Origin: Eledone cirrhosa
Lineage: Eukaryota
Reading direction: 5' to 3'
NCBI GenBank assembly: GCA_964016885.1
Contig: OZ024751.1
Span: 47,802,001 to 47,866,000 of the forward strand
Length of the DNA stretch: 64,000 bases
Shown: in pieces, positions 26,571 to 40,207 of the stretch
Layout: every line of letters starts with the position of its first letter
Numbering within the stretch: position 1 is the stretch's first letter
The notes under the pieces: model-generated
Told to the model about the DNA's origin: nothing
What the model saw: the letters and a program-made list of their open reading frames with translations, nothing else
Database searches by the model: none
Position numbers and translations under genes: made by a program

Positions 26571-26608
26571 CACTGACGATGTTGCAGATGTGCAACGAAA
26601 GATTTATG
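26571..26608 (+). ncRNA. Hammerhead motif in PLE pLTR with weak stem I (inverse copy at 24892-24929)
   Basis: CA CTGACGA T GTTGCA-gatg-TGCAAC GAAA GATT TA TG; stem II covaries with the 147-191 motif. Confidence 0.65.
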
Positions 26609-27134
26609 TAAATTATGTAAACTATATATATGTGTTTGTGTCTATATTGTATCTGTATTATTTTTGACCGCCGGTCAGTCAATGGCAACATTGAGGACCG
26701 AGTAAGTTAGATCGCAGATATATATATATAAAAGACAGCGAGAAGCGAAAACCAACCAAACAGTGAGTGTGTTCTGTTATTAATTCTGGCAATATTACGC
26801 AAATATGACCCTCCCCAAATATAACAATATATATATATGTATATATGTGTATGTGTTTCTCTATATGTATATATATGTATCTATGTGTTTGTCTCTCTCT
26901 CTATATATATGTATATATGTGTATGTGTTTGTCTCTCTCTATATATGTATATATGTGTATGTGTTTGTCTCTCTCTATATATATATGTATATATGTGTAT
27001 GTGTTTCTCTATATGTATATATATATATGTGTATATGTGTATGTGCTTGTCTATGTGTATATATATGTATATATGTGTTTGTCTATATGTATATATATGT
27101 GTGTGTGTATGACTGTTTTAGTCAAGCGGACTCA

Positions 27135-27445
27135 GAATGACGATGGAATGGTTAAGAGGGTTTCTTCATAATCGTAAGGTCCCAGGTTCGATCTTCGGCA
27201 GGTGTCATTTATCATGCAGTCATCAATCTACACATGCCATGTGAGTGGAATCTGGTAGACGGTAACTGTGTTGTAAGCCCGTCGAATGTACTCTACCTGC
27301 CGTGTTATGCTGAATCTCCTTGAGAATTACGTTGATTTTACAAGTATCTATAAGATGCTCAGCCACTTACACGTTAATTTCACAAGAAGGCTGTTTCGTT
27401 GTACGAACAACTGGGACACTCTTCGTCAGAACCGACGGAGATCCA
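27135..27445 (+). mobile_element. Degenerate tRNA-derived SINE (second family)
   Basis: ATGGTTAAG...GGTTCGATC head; tail also present inverted at ~45360-45500. Confidence 0.55.
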
Positions 27446-28380
27446 ACACACACACACACACACACACACACTTGTATCTGTCTATAGGTGATGTGTGTTT
27501 GTATATATGTATGTGTGAATGTGCGTATATATGCATGTATGTATATATATATATATATGCATGTGTATATATATATATGTGTGTGTATCTATGTTCGTGT
27601 ATGTATGTGTATGTATATGTACGCGTATATGTAATCGTGTGCATATGTATGTGTGCGTGCATGTGAACGTGTGTGTATATATATGTGTACATATATGTGA
27701 ACGTGTATATATATATATATATATATCTACGTGTATGTGAACGTGTGTGTGTATATATATATGTGTACGTGAATGTGAACGAGTGTGTATGTGTATATGA
27801 ACGTGTGTGTGTATATGGGTACGTATATGTGAACGTGTGTGTGTGTATATATGTACGTGTATATGAACATGTGTGTACATATGTGTACGTATATGTGAAC
27901 GTGTATATATATATATATATATATATGTGTGTACGTATATGTGAACGTGTGTGTGTATATATATATATGTGTGTACGTGTATGTGAACATTTGTGTATAT
28001 ATATGTACGTATATGTGAACGAGCGTGTATAAATGTATATGTGACGCGTCTGTATATATGTTATATGTGTGTATGTGTGTATATATGTATGTATGTGTAT
28101 GTGTCCGTATAGGTGGTGTTTATTTAGGAAATAAACTATCTAAAAGATACAGGAAGGCTATAATTAAAAGATCAATAATAATTATTATTATTATTATCTT
28201 AATTAATTAATCACAATAAAATATTAAATATCATTTTATTTTATATTTTGTTGGGATTGATGTTTTTATGTTTGTTTTATTGTTTAATTTTGAATGAATT
28301 TTATGTTCTCTTTCATAAATTTACTTCCATCAATATAAAACACCATATATTCTCTCTCTCTCTCTCTAACTATATATATA

Positions 28381-28943
<563 letters not shown>

Positions 28944-28980
28944 ATATATAAGATCAAAAGATGGTTAAAGGAGTTCCATG

Positions 28981-29050
28981 TATTTTATTATGCGCATTTC
29001 AAAAACAAACATCATCATGCAATAATATTTGTGTTTTCATCAGATAAAAC
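28981..29050 (-). ncRNA. Minimal hammerhead
   Basis: TTTTAT CTGATGA AAAC-ACAAATATTAT..ATGATGTTTGT-TTTT GAAA TGCGCA TA ATAAAA. Confidence 0.78.
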
Positions 29051-29264
29051 AGGAGAACATGATATGAAGGCTAAAAAACACTTGTGGATAGTGCAGTTTT
29101 AAATCAACATATATATATAAATATATGTATGGGGGGGGGGGTATTTTTCTGGTACTCTCTTACTCTTTCTTTGCTTTTTCACTCTTCTTTTTCTCCCACT
29201 CTTTCCTTCTTTCATTCTCACACAGTCTCTTTCTTCCTTTTGATACTCCCTCTTTTACTCCCCT

Positions 29265-29392
<128 letters not shown>

Positions 29393-30136
29393 ATATATTT
29401 ATTTGTTGCACATCCTCTCTCTTTACTTTCTCTTCATAGTCTTATTCTTTTTAACTTTACTAAACACAAGGCTAAGACGTAAATATTGTTGTTTAGCCCT
29501 AGCCCAGTCCTGACTGAGCAGACCTGTGATCCAAAAGCAGTCCAACAGTGCTCTGACCATCAATTCCAATGTCAAACTCCATATTATCTAATGTGACCGT
29601 TTTAAGATGTTAGCCAGTGATTCGAGGGAGATTTGGCTACTATTTTCTTGAACTTTAGGCAATTACGTAGAGGCTGCCCAGATAGTGACTGAGAAGAAGA
29701 AGCGAACCCAATATTGGGATGGTACTTTATTTATCGACCTAGATAAGAATGAAAGGCAACGCTCACCTCCGCGGGATTAGATCTCAGATGCAAAAAAAAA
29801 CCCGGAAAAAATAGCCGTTATTTACTTTAATGTACTAAGAAATGTAACTTAATTATAAATGTTTCTACTTTTGGCACAAGGCCAGCAATTATGCCAGTGT
29901 ATTACTGGTACTTTATTTTATCGACCCCGTAGCTGAATTATAATTATATTAAATATAGAGAGAAAGAATCATTAGTTTTGTGAGCAATTCTAATAAAAGG
30001 AGACAGAGAAGACAACACGGAAATATTTTGGATTTAATGGACCTCCTCAGCGAAGTGTAATATTTACCTTCATCTTGATAACTTGCTGAGTATTCACCTC
30101 GACAGCTGTTGTTGAACTAAAGACAGTTACACGCTT

Positions 30137-30167
<31 letters not shown>

Positions 30168-30170
<3 letters not shown>

Positions 30171-30360
30171 ATTCCGGGTTGAATCGGAGGTAACCACAGT
30201 AAGTAGGTACTCAATACATAGCAGAGTATAAATGTTTTAATATAGAAGAGCTTCTACAGGACTAGAACTGTTTCATTCGTGAGAAATCATCAGGAAGACA
30301 GGGCTTCCTGATGATTTCTCGCGAATGAAACAGTTCTAGTCCTGTAGAAGCTCTTCTATA

Positions 30361-30364
<4 letters not shown>
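30168..30364 (-). mobile_element. Fold-back PLE-like terminus (family D), palindrome 30237-30364
   Basis: Related copies at 47460-47581 and 53363-53515; TTGAGTAC motif. Confidence 0.7.
30303..30351 (+). ncRNA. Hammerhead motif (mirror copy at 30250-30297, minus)
   Basis: GCTTC CTGATGA T-TTC-tcgc-GAA-T GAAA CAG-ttctagtc-CTG TA GAAGC. Confidence 0.75.
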
Positions 30365-30421
<57 letters not shown>

Positions 30422-30429
30422 TTATCTAT

Positions 30430-30559
30430 AGAGTTCAAATCCCGCCGAGGTTGACTTTGCCTTTCATCCTTACGGGGTCGATAAAATAAAGTACCAGTAA
30501 TGCACTGCCAGTAATGCACTGGGTAATTGCTGGCCTTGTGCCTAAAGTAGAAACAATTA
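30430..30559 (+). mobile_element. SINE family A, 5'-truncated
   Basis: Runs from the B-box through the tail. Confidence 0.85.
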
Positions 30560-31464
30560 TCTATAAAAGGCAGATTGTTGTTGTGTATGTGTGTGTGTGT
30601 GCATGTTCCATGTTTATACATTTGCACAATTTCAAACCGATTTGACTCAAAGTCTGTAAGAATGTTGTAAATGGTCTGACTCAGGTGACCGACTATTTAT
30701 TTATTTCAGACTCACCCATAATTACGGAAATAATCGATAAAACTAAATACATTACGCTTTACCCCTCTTTCTACTCTCCTTAAAATTCGATAAAACTACA
30801 TACATGCTGCAACTTTCTCTTATATACGTTTAAACTTACAAACTTCCTTTAGGAACGCCGAAGAAAGAAGAGAGAGAGAAAAGAGTGAGAGAGAGAGAAC
30901 GTTTGTTTTTTAGTGTGGAACGGTCAAACATTTATTTACTTCAATGACAACAATTATTCAAAAGCAACAGACAAATTTATTCAACAACAAAAAAAAATAG
31001 CGATAAATCTTTTTAAAAACATCTCTCAATGAACGTGGAAGAAAGAAGTATCAGTTCATTTACTATACACAATAATATCCTCTATGAGGTCACTAAACCT
31101 GCTAGAAACAGCATCTAACTCTCCCCCATATCACACTCCTCCCTACTGTCTTAAATTTAGAAAACACACATTAGACAACCATGCAGAACAACTCCATCGC
31201 AGCTCTGTTGTTCAGCTGGCATCGTCTACGCGCGTGTTGCGCAAGTACTGTGAAACAATAAATTTCAACACTTCTTTGCACAGAGATAATATCCATAGGC
31301 TAAACTACAATTGTCACTGCTGGTGCAGCTCCTGCTTCGGCAGTCCAGGTCTGCAATTCATTCACCCAGTGCCTGTCAGACAAAAAAGTGCTGCCATAAA
31401 ATGGGTGGTCCAACCTAACTTTGGTAACTTACTGACCCCGAGCAACGCCGGGCTTTAATGCTAG
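30560..31464 (+). mobile_element. Non-autonomous Helitron
   Basis: 5' TC start, internal (TG)n and AACCGATTT, 3' hairpin CCCGAGCAACGCCGGG followed by CTAG; sits between A and T. Confidence 0.7.
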
Positions 31465-31741
31465 TATATATATATATATATATATGCGTGCGAAAAGAAA
31501 ATAGAAAACAAAAAAGCAAACAATGCAGTACTTAGTTTAACGCTTGATATATTAGGAAGTGTAGCCTAAACCTTCATCAGATGATAGAATGAGAAATAAA
31601 AGATGATATATATATATGTGTGTGTGTGTACTAACTCTGGAAGAAAAACATCTCAATACATATGTAGAATATATGCAGTTGGTCATTTTTGGCTATTCCT
31701 TAATAACACAATCATGCTTGCACGAGCGCACGCACACACAA

Positions 31742-31785
<44 letters not shown>

Positions 31786-31790
<5 letters not shown>

Positions 31791-32230
31791 CACACACATA
31801 TATATATATATATATATGCAAAAAATAAACAGATATAATAAACCAAATGGCACAGTATAATGAAGAAATATACTAGTTTAACGCTTGATACAGTAGAAAA
31901 AGAGTCTTAACGTTTACAAATATATACATATATATAAATATAAAAACAATAAAATAAGATGCTGAGATTACGTATATCGTTTAATCAAAATAATTATTTC
32001 TACGGTTCTCCATGCAATCCATGCAATATATATATATATGGAGAACCGTAGAAATAATTATTTTGATTAAACGATATACGTAATCTCAGCATCTTATTTT
32101 ATTATTTTTATATTTATATATATGTATATATTTGTAAACGTTAAGACTCGTTTTCTACTTTATCAAGCATTAAACTAGTATATTTCTTCATTATACTGTG
32201 TCATTTGGTTTATTATATCTGTTTATTTTT

Positions 32231-32270
<40 letters not shown>

Positions 32271-32280
32271 AATATATATA
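31786..32280. repeat. ~230-bp-arm inverted repeat including its microsatellite flank (family F)
   Basis: Arms 31786-32012/32039-32280; related fragments at 31490-31600 and 38395-38500. Confidence 0.85.
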
Positions 32281-32423
32281 TATATGGATGTGGGATGTGT
32301 AAGTCATATGAAATGTTTGGTAAATATAATTTCTCCCTCTGTCAAAATATATGGCCTGTCATTTAATCAGGGGCCATATATTCACATATTTATTAAACAT
32401 ATTTTATATAGCACGCACAAATG

Positions 32424-32461
<38 letters not shown>

Positions 32462-32794
32462 TATATGTATATATATGTATGTATATATATATGTGTGTCT
32501 GTGTGTGCGTGCGTGTGTGTATGTTTGTGTGTGTATGTGTGTGTGAGTGTCTGAGTGTGTGTGTGTGTTTGTCTAACTAAATATAGTGATAGATATGCAG
32601 GTAAAGAGAGAATGTGAGAGAGAGAAAGAGAGAATGGGGGTGAGAGAGTGAGGGGAGGAAGAGAGAGATGTAATGCAATATATAGCAGACTTATTGATAT
32701 TTAGATGTAAAAAGATGATTGTCAGCAGTTTTATGTTTTATTTGAATAAAAGATAATCTGGTTTGACAGAAAAACAATAAATCTTACTATTAAG

Positions 32795-33150
32795 ATGGTG
32801 TGGCGGTGGTGGTGGTGGTGGTGGTGATGGTGGTGGTGGTATTGCGGTGGTGGTATTGGTAGCCATTGTGGTGGTGGTGGTGGTATTGGTAGTTATTGTG
32901 GTTGTGGTGGTGGTGGCAGTATTGTGGTTGGAGAATATGAGGGTAATGGTGAAGAAAATGATGATGATGGTGGTGTGGTGGTGGTGATTGTAGTGGTGGT
33001 GGTGGTGTTGGTGGCGGTGATGTTTGTGGTGTTGGTAGTGGTGATGATGGTAGTGGCGGTTGTGCTGCTGATGCTGGTAGTGGTGATGGTTGTGGCGGTG
33101 CTGGTGATGGTGATGATGTTAATGATGGGCAATGATGATGATGATGATAA
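32795..33150. repeat. (GGT)/(GAT) low-complexity tract
   Basis: Direct inspection. Confidence 0.9.
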
Positions 33151-33280
33151 AGAAGTCATAATAATTGGTGTCTTGGGAATGGTTTTAAAAGACGCAGATA
33201 AATACGTAAACTCAATCTCCAACACTTGCTGTATATATGTAGAAAACATAGAGAATAGCATTACTAGGTATTGTAGATAG
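33150..33280 (+). mobile_element. Degenerate R4/Dong-like 3' fragment
   Basis: EVIIIGVLGMVLKDADKYVNSI resembles the P(I/V)IIGALG C-terminus of R4-clade proteins. Confidence 0.4.
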
Positions 33281-33347
33281 AGAAAATAGTGGTATTATGT
33301 ACCAGACACGTTATGTAAAATACACCATCACACACACACACACACAT

Positions 33348-33388
<41 letters not shown>

Positions 33389-33525
33389 TACATCTATATG
33401 ATGTGTAGCTATATTATATCTATCTATATATATTGAGTCACCAAGTATGAAATTTGTAGGAAAATAAACAAATTTCTACAAATTTCATACTTGACCCAAT
33501 ATATGGATATATATATACACATATG

Positions 33526-33566
<41 letters not shown>

Positions 33567-33572
33567 ACATAC

Positions 33573-33605
<33 letters not shown>

Positions 33606-33678
33606 CATATATATATACATATAAAAACCTATATATATATACATATATATACCTACATATATATATACATATGTATAC

Positions 33679-33735
<57 letters not shown>

Positions 33736-33970
33736 CATGCATATATATATACATATGTATACATACATATATATATACATACATATATATATACATATGT
33801 ATACATACATATATATATACATACATATATATATATATATATGTATACATACATATATATATACATACATATATATATATACATATATATATACATATAT
33901 ATATACATACATATATATATATACATATATATATACATATATATACCTACATATATATATATATATTTAT

Positions 33971-34345
33971 TCAGGTTTGAGGTTCACCACTGGATAGAGC
34001 TGGTCTATTCCGTATGGTCAATCGTAATGCAATAATATAGAGAGTACTCAACGTAAAGCAGTTCAACCGTCTTTGTTTTTGTAGTTGGTGGTGCTATTAC
34101 GGAGTTAAATATTATAATGAAATGACAGGGCAACCGGGTGAGGTTGAAGGAACAGAATAGCGGTCGCCCTCGGGTCTCGATTTTCAGTCCCATGGATTTT
34201 ACCTATTACATTCACGTATTATATTTCGAATACCTGATGATATCACCGGATTCATACGGAACCCGGTCATTGAAATGATCATAGTATAATAAACCTTTCA
34301 AGGATTTACACAAATCCAGCCTCCTGTCATTTCATTATAATATTA
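33971..34345. mobile_element. PLE-like insert with inverted terminus and hammerhead
   Basis: Inverted repeat 34108-34129/34323-34344; TTGAGTAC on minus at 34044; (TA)n flanks. Confidence 0.65.
34231..34286 (+). ncRNA. Minimal hammerhead
   Basis: TAC CTGATGA ..ACCGG-attcatacggaac-CCGGT.. GAAA TGATCA TA GTA. Confidence 0.75.
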
Positions 34346-34521
34346 TATATATATATATACATATATATACCTACATATATATATATACATACATATATAT
34401 ATATATATACATATATATACATATATACATACATATATATACCTACATATATATATATACATACATATATATATATATATACATATATATACATATATAC
34501 ATACATATATATATACATATG

Positions 34522-34555
<34 letters not shown>

Positions 34556-34603
34556 CATATGTATACATACATACATATATATATACATATATATATACAT
34601 ATG

Positions 34604-34722
<119 letters not shown>

Positions 34723-34799
34723 ATATAGACATATATATATATATAGACATGTATATATATATATGTCTATATATATATATATGTCTATATATATATATA

Positions 34800-34937
<138 letters not shown>

Positions 34938-34959
34938 TATATATATATAGGCAAATATA

Positions 34960-35159
34960 TAGGAAAATGTTTAACTCCGACGGCAGAGCTGGAGCCGTTT
35001 CGACGGCTATTTCTGGACTGAGTCCAGAAATAGCCGTCGAAACGGCTTGAGCTCTGCCGTCAGGGTTAAACATTTTCCTATTAACCACTCTACTACCCTA
35101 AGCATTGAGTACTCTGGTGCGTTATGGTCCATCTGGTTCCTTACCACACCTCCTTCGTT
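34960..35159 (+). mobile_element. Fold-back PLE-like terminus (family B), palindrome 34960-35080
   Basis: Centre at ~35020 lies inside hammerhead stem II; 3' half GAAA CGGC..GCCG TC retained; TTGAGTAC at 35105. Confidence 0.7.
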
Positions 35160-35802
35160 ATATATATATATGGATATGTTTTCTATACAGTAGCAGTACA
35201 TCAACACTAGATTTGATGAAAGGAATAATATTCGTTTAATAGAGCAAAGACATCAACAAAAGATATAATGATATAAAAGATATACATTATAGATGGTAAA
35301 TGTCATCTCTGTTATATTTTCACCAGCTTGTATCAGTGTATCCAACATTAGGCCTGACTGTTGTATAACAACGTGGTTAACTTACTGAGAGACACTCTTA
35401 GGCATGGCGTCACATTTTAATCAGTTTCAAGAAAAAGATCTGCGATACTCAAATGAAACTAAGTTGGAAAATGATAGTGAAATGAGAGGATTTTTGGGAC
35501 GTTAACATGTCGAGAAATTGGTGAATAGTATGGTATGGTAAGGTCCCGTACCTCCTGATAGAGTCCAACTAGCGCCGTAGTGGCATACGGTTTTTCTTGG
35601 GCATTTTAAACCTGAGGAAGCCCACCCCTCTTCCAGTGTGAACAGAGCAGAATGATAGAAAGTGAGAAAGAGGAAGTGAAAAAGAGATATAGAGGAAGAA
35701 TCAACCTCAGTACTAGACTGGTACTTTTTTATCGACCTCGAAATGTATGTATGTTAACTAAGGTTATCAATGTTACCTACGTTTATATGTTAACAGTGCT
35801 TA

Positions 35803-35990
35803 AATATTTTCTTCTTTTGACACAAGGCCAGCAATTATAGCAGTGCATTACTGGTACTTTATTTTATCGATCTCGTAAGGATGAAAGGCAAAGTAAACCT
35901 TGGTGGGATTGGAACTCAGAATATAAAGGGCGATAACTCTATGTTGCAAAGCCTGGCATCTGATGCTCTACCAATACTGCCAATCTACCG
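35803..35990 (-). mobile_element. SINE family A
   Basis: Homology to 3781-3969. Confidence 0.8.
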
Positions 35991-37510
35991 GTGTTTAAAT
36001 ATTAAGAGTTTATGTGTTAACAGTGTTTATATGTTAACAAGTTATCTGTTGATTGTGGTTATCTGATAACTGTAACTATCTATCTGTATTAACTAGTCTC
36101 TCTGATTTATGTTCTATATTTAATACCGTATCTTTCTATAAAAGCCAAGTGTACAATTATATATAAGACCCTGCTATATATGGCATTATACCAACATTAT
36201 TTCCTATTCTGTTCTATTTTCAAGTATTTCAAAACAAACAAAACAAAGCAAAATACCAAAATCAAAATAATGGAAGCCATCTTGGATTATATCAGAGAAA
36301 ACTATAAAAAGATAAAAAGTGAAATAAAATGAATATTTTTTTTAAATCGCAAAACTAAACTAAGATGGAAAGGTTTCTATTATATAAGATATAAGCAGAA
36401 TTATTTCAAATCTGAATTGAAATATCCGCCATTGTTTGTCAAGATTGTTAATCTGAATATAAACTAGATGCCTTTGTCACCTAAAAGATTGTATCATAAT
36501 TCCATTTGGCCATTCTATTTCTTTTTAGAAGCTTTGTTGTTATTGTTGTTATTGTTGTTATTTAGTCGCGGGTGAGTTCTGATGCCCACAAGTAGTAATC
36601 AAGTCGTGGCTATTTTAATATCTTTCGCAGGCACAGTGAATACAAAACTAGGATTATGTTATGTAAGATAAAATTCTTTTTCAAGGCGGTAAGAGTGTCA
36701 CCTGAGAGAGATTTCGCAACTGATTGAAGCCAGCCGAACTTTTTGTTTTGTTTTTGTTTAAGATGACGGAGCAGACAGTACAACGGAAGTCTTTTGTTCT
36801 CGAGTTGATCTACTTGAAATAACAGCCAACTCTTACTCAAATCACACTCTGCCTTAAAAACAAACAAACAAAGGAATTTATTATTATAGGATATATTCCG
36901 ACATATTCTCTTAAAGGAGAAGTTAATCGATCTAATATAAAGCCCACAATCATGTATCTGTTCGAGCAGTGCTCACCCAGTTAAGACAAAAACAGCAACA
37001 TATGTAACAAATATCTGAGCGACACCTGACAGAAAATATAGATCGCTAACAATAATTCGGTAATCGATTCAAGAGAATTAGTTTCGTGCAAACATACAAT
37101 GTTATTTATAAGTCCACAAGCTCTCATAATAGTTGCAAGCGTCACGTAAGCAGCCGTCTTTACAAGAATAATAGAAATTTGTCCAATTGAACATTTGCTT
37201 AACAAAGCTATATATTTATATACAACAAATTATATCGGAATTATTGGAAAACATCAAACAAATTTAGCTATTTCTAGTATCATCAGTGAAAAAAGTATAT
37301 ATATACATTTATAATAATATTTGCAGGCAATGAAGCCATATGCAGAACTCGGTTCAAAAGAGAAAATTGTCGAAAACTTTATCTTTGCTACTGATTCACA
37401 GATCGAAGTTCATTATTTATCAGTAATATTTATTGAACTTTATCTATCTATATATATATATATATATATATATATAGATATATATACAACCATATACACA
37501 AATATATATG

Positions 37511-37546
<36 letters not shown>

Positions 37547-37569
37547 TATATATGCATACACACACACAT

Positions 37570-37665
<96 letters not shown>

Positions 37666-37746
37666 ATGCATGTGTGTGTGTGTGTGTGTATGCATATATA
37701 TTTGTGTGTGTGTGTGTGTGTATGCATATATATTTGTGCATATGGT

Positions 37747-37794
<48 letters not shown>

Positions 37795-37899
37795 AATATA
37801 TATACAACCATATACACAAATATATGTGCATACACACACACATATATATATATGCACAGATTTTGTTTCAGATATTGCCATAGATACTACAAAAGACAT

Positions 37900-37982
37900 T
37901 GTTTTATAAAGTTACACTGATTATATGTATATAATCAATCTGTGTATCTTAAAATCTTATATACCAATTAACAAGTATAGTA

Positions 37983-38047
<65 letters not shown>

Positions 38048-38127
38048 GTACTATACTTGTTAATTGGTATATAAGTTTTTAAGATACACAGATTGATTAT
38101 ATACATATAATCAGTGTAACTTTATAA

Positions 38128-38131
<4 letters not shown>
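37900..38131. repeat. Inverted repeat with ~87-bp arms centred on (TA)n
   Basis: Arms ~37900-37987/38044-38131. Confidence 0.88.
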
Positions 38132-38176
<45 letters not shown>

Positions 38177-38282
38177 AATAATGAATAGAAAGACCAAAGT
38201 TTCAAATGATTACGCTTGGGGTGAAAGCAGAAATTCTCTGCTTAAACTTTTAATCTGCACTAATAATAAATAAATAATATAA

Positions 38283-38385
<103 letters not shown>

Positions 38386-38609
38386 AATGTGAATGCAAAA
38401 GGTAAACAGAAATAACAAAGCAAACCACATAGAAGAAATACAATGAAGAAATATATTATTAGCTCTACGCTTCATATAGTAGGTAAAGAGTTTTAACGTT
38501 TATATATATATATATATATGAATGTATGTATACTATATACATACATTCATTTCGGTTTTAAAGTAGTGACTATGTCACTTACTTCTTTTCGGCGAAAGAA
38601 GGGAGAGAA

Positions 38610-38649
38610 GCTAACAGTCTGTTTCACGCTGGCTGGCGATCATCAGAGC
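38610..38649 (-). ncRNA. Minimal hammerhead
   Basis: GCT CTGATGA T-CGC-cagcca-GCG-T GAAA CAG-a-CTG TT AGC. Confidence 0.7.
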
Positions 38650-38873
38650 CACGCATATATATAAGCTGAGAGCTTCTGACAGGAACGAAAGGATTGATTC
38701 TTTTTAGCTTCACGTCCCCACGTAAAAATTGTAAATCAGTGGCTAGTTGAGAGATAGAGTCCTATCAGGTGCCAGTTGCTAGTAGCTTTACCGTGTCAGT
38801 CGTCTCAAACAGTCATGGCCGGCATATACTGGTCTTAGGATTCTGTCGATCGATTGGTTATTGATTAGGCGAT

Positions 38874-38985
38874 ACCCGCTGATGAAGCCGCATAATCCGA
38901 TTGTGCATTGTTGCATAATATATACAGACAGATGGTGCAGTGCACCTTACTGCTGCATTAGTGCGGCAGAAACTCGAGTCCGGGT
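38874..38985 (+). ncRNA. Hammerhead with extended stem II
   Basis: ACCCG CTGATGA A-GCCGCA-TAAT...ATTA-g-TGCGGC-A GAAA CTCGAG TC CGGGT. Confidence 0.8.
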
Positions 38986-39128
38986 CCTTATAGGCACCCG
39001 TTTTACGCGTATTGTGTTGAACCAAATAACTTTGTGTATACTCTGGGAATGTTTCTTACATTACCCATGGACTACGCTGAGATACAACTGGTACTGGCAT
39101 TGATATGTTTGCTGGGTCCGCCAACCCT

Positions 39129-39196
<68 letters not shown>

Positions 39197-39424
39197 GCCT
39201 CTTATGAAACAAATGAGATGAAATTAAGAGTTGCAGGGAAAACTTTAATTTGGTTTAAGCCTGGTAACTAATTTATGGATTTACTTCCATATACATAAAG
39301 CTATCGTATATGATTTCATATACACCTCTATTATAAATCATGTTGTGCTATCAAACAGCTTATATATATGTGTGTATGTATATATATACACACATACAAA
39401 TATAATATATACATCATGTGTGTG

Positions 39425-39464
<40 letters not shown>

Positions 39465-39494
39465 CACACATACACATATAATATATGCATCATA

Positions 39495-39554
<60 letters not shown>

Positions 39555-39657
39555 CATACACACATATAGATACACACATATATATGTGTGTGTATGTGAG
39601 TACCAGAAAACACGCAGACACCCACACAAACACATGTATGCGTGTGTCGCATATATA

Positions 39658-39719
<62 letters not shown>

Positions 39720-40207
39720 TATACATATACTTCTTACTTACTTATGTGATACACATACCCGCGCATATAATTAACATGCGCAGAACACATCAATTCTTGA
39801 GAATACATAAAAGAAAATTCATCTTTTCATGCTGTAATCATATCATCGTTAAAATATTCCTGGCTGTCGCTTAAACTCTGGAACGAGGCCAGATTCACGA
39901 AAAGAGATGTTGGCTATTGCCTTGTGAGAAATATAATCACCATACTTTGTAAATTACATTACAGCTTTTGATTGTTCCCGCGAGAAATTACCATATTCTA
40001 TTATTCCCATACTCTAAGATTGGTTTCAGTCATTAGACCGTGGTCATGCTAGAGCATCGCCTCAGTTTAATCCTATCATTTCAAACCTCAGTGTTTACTT
40101 TATCCAAGCTTGGCACTTGTTTTATTGATCTCTTTTTTGTTTGTTGTTGAAATGGTAAGTTAGATATAAGCTAAGACAGAGATAAACTACAACCGAACGT
40201 TGTTTAA

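Larger units (their letters stand above)
24618..26830 (+). mobile_element. Penelope-like retroelement, 5'-truncated, with inverted 5' pLTR (24618-25002) and 3' pLTR (26501-26830), inserted in (TA)n
   Basis: ~330-bp inverted arms flank an RT + GIY-YIG ORF. Confidence 0.9.

Noticed and set aside
35373-35440. Second GTAAGTTAACCAC donor-like site (minus), sharing 13 bp with 62206-62218
   Set aside because: Stops in all three frames of the candidate exon and no further homology.
37260-37290. Minus-strand CTGATGA TACTA GAAA as a hammerhead
   Set aside because: No stem II or stem I pairing; likely chance.
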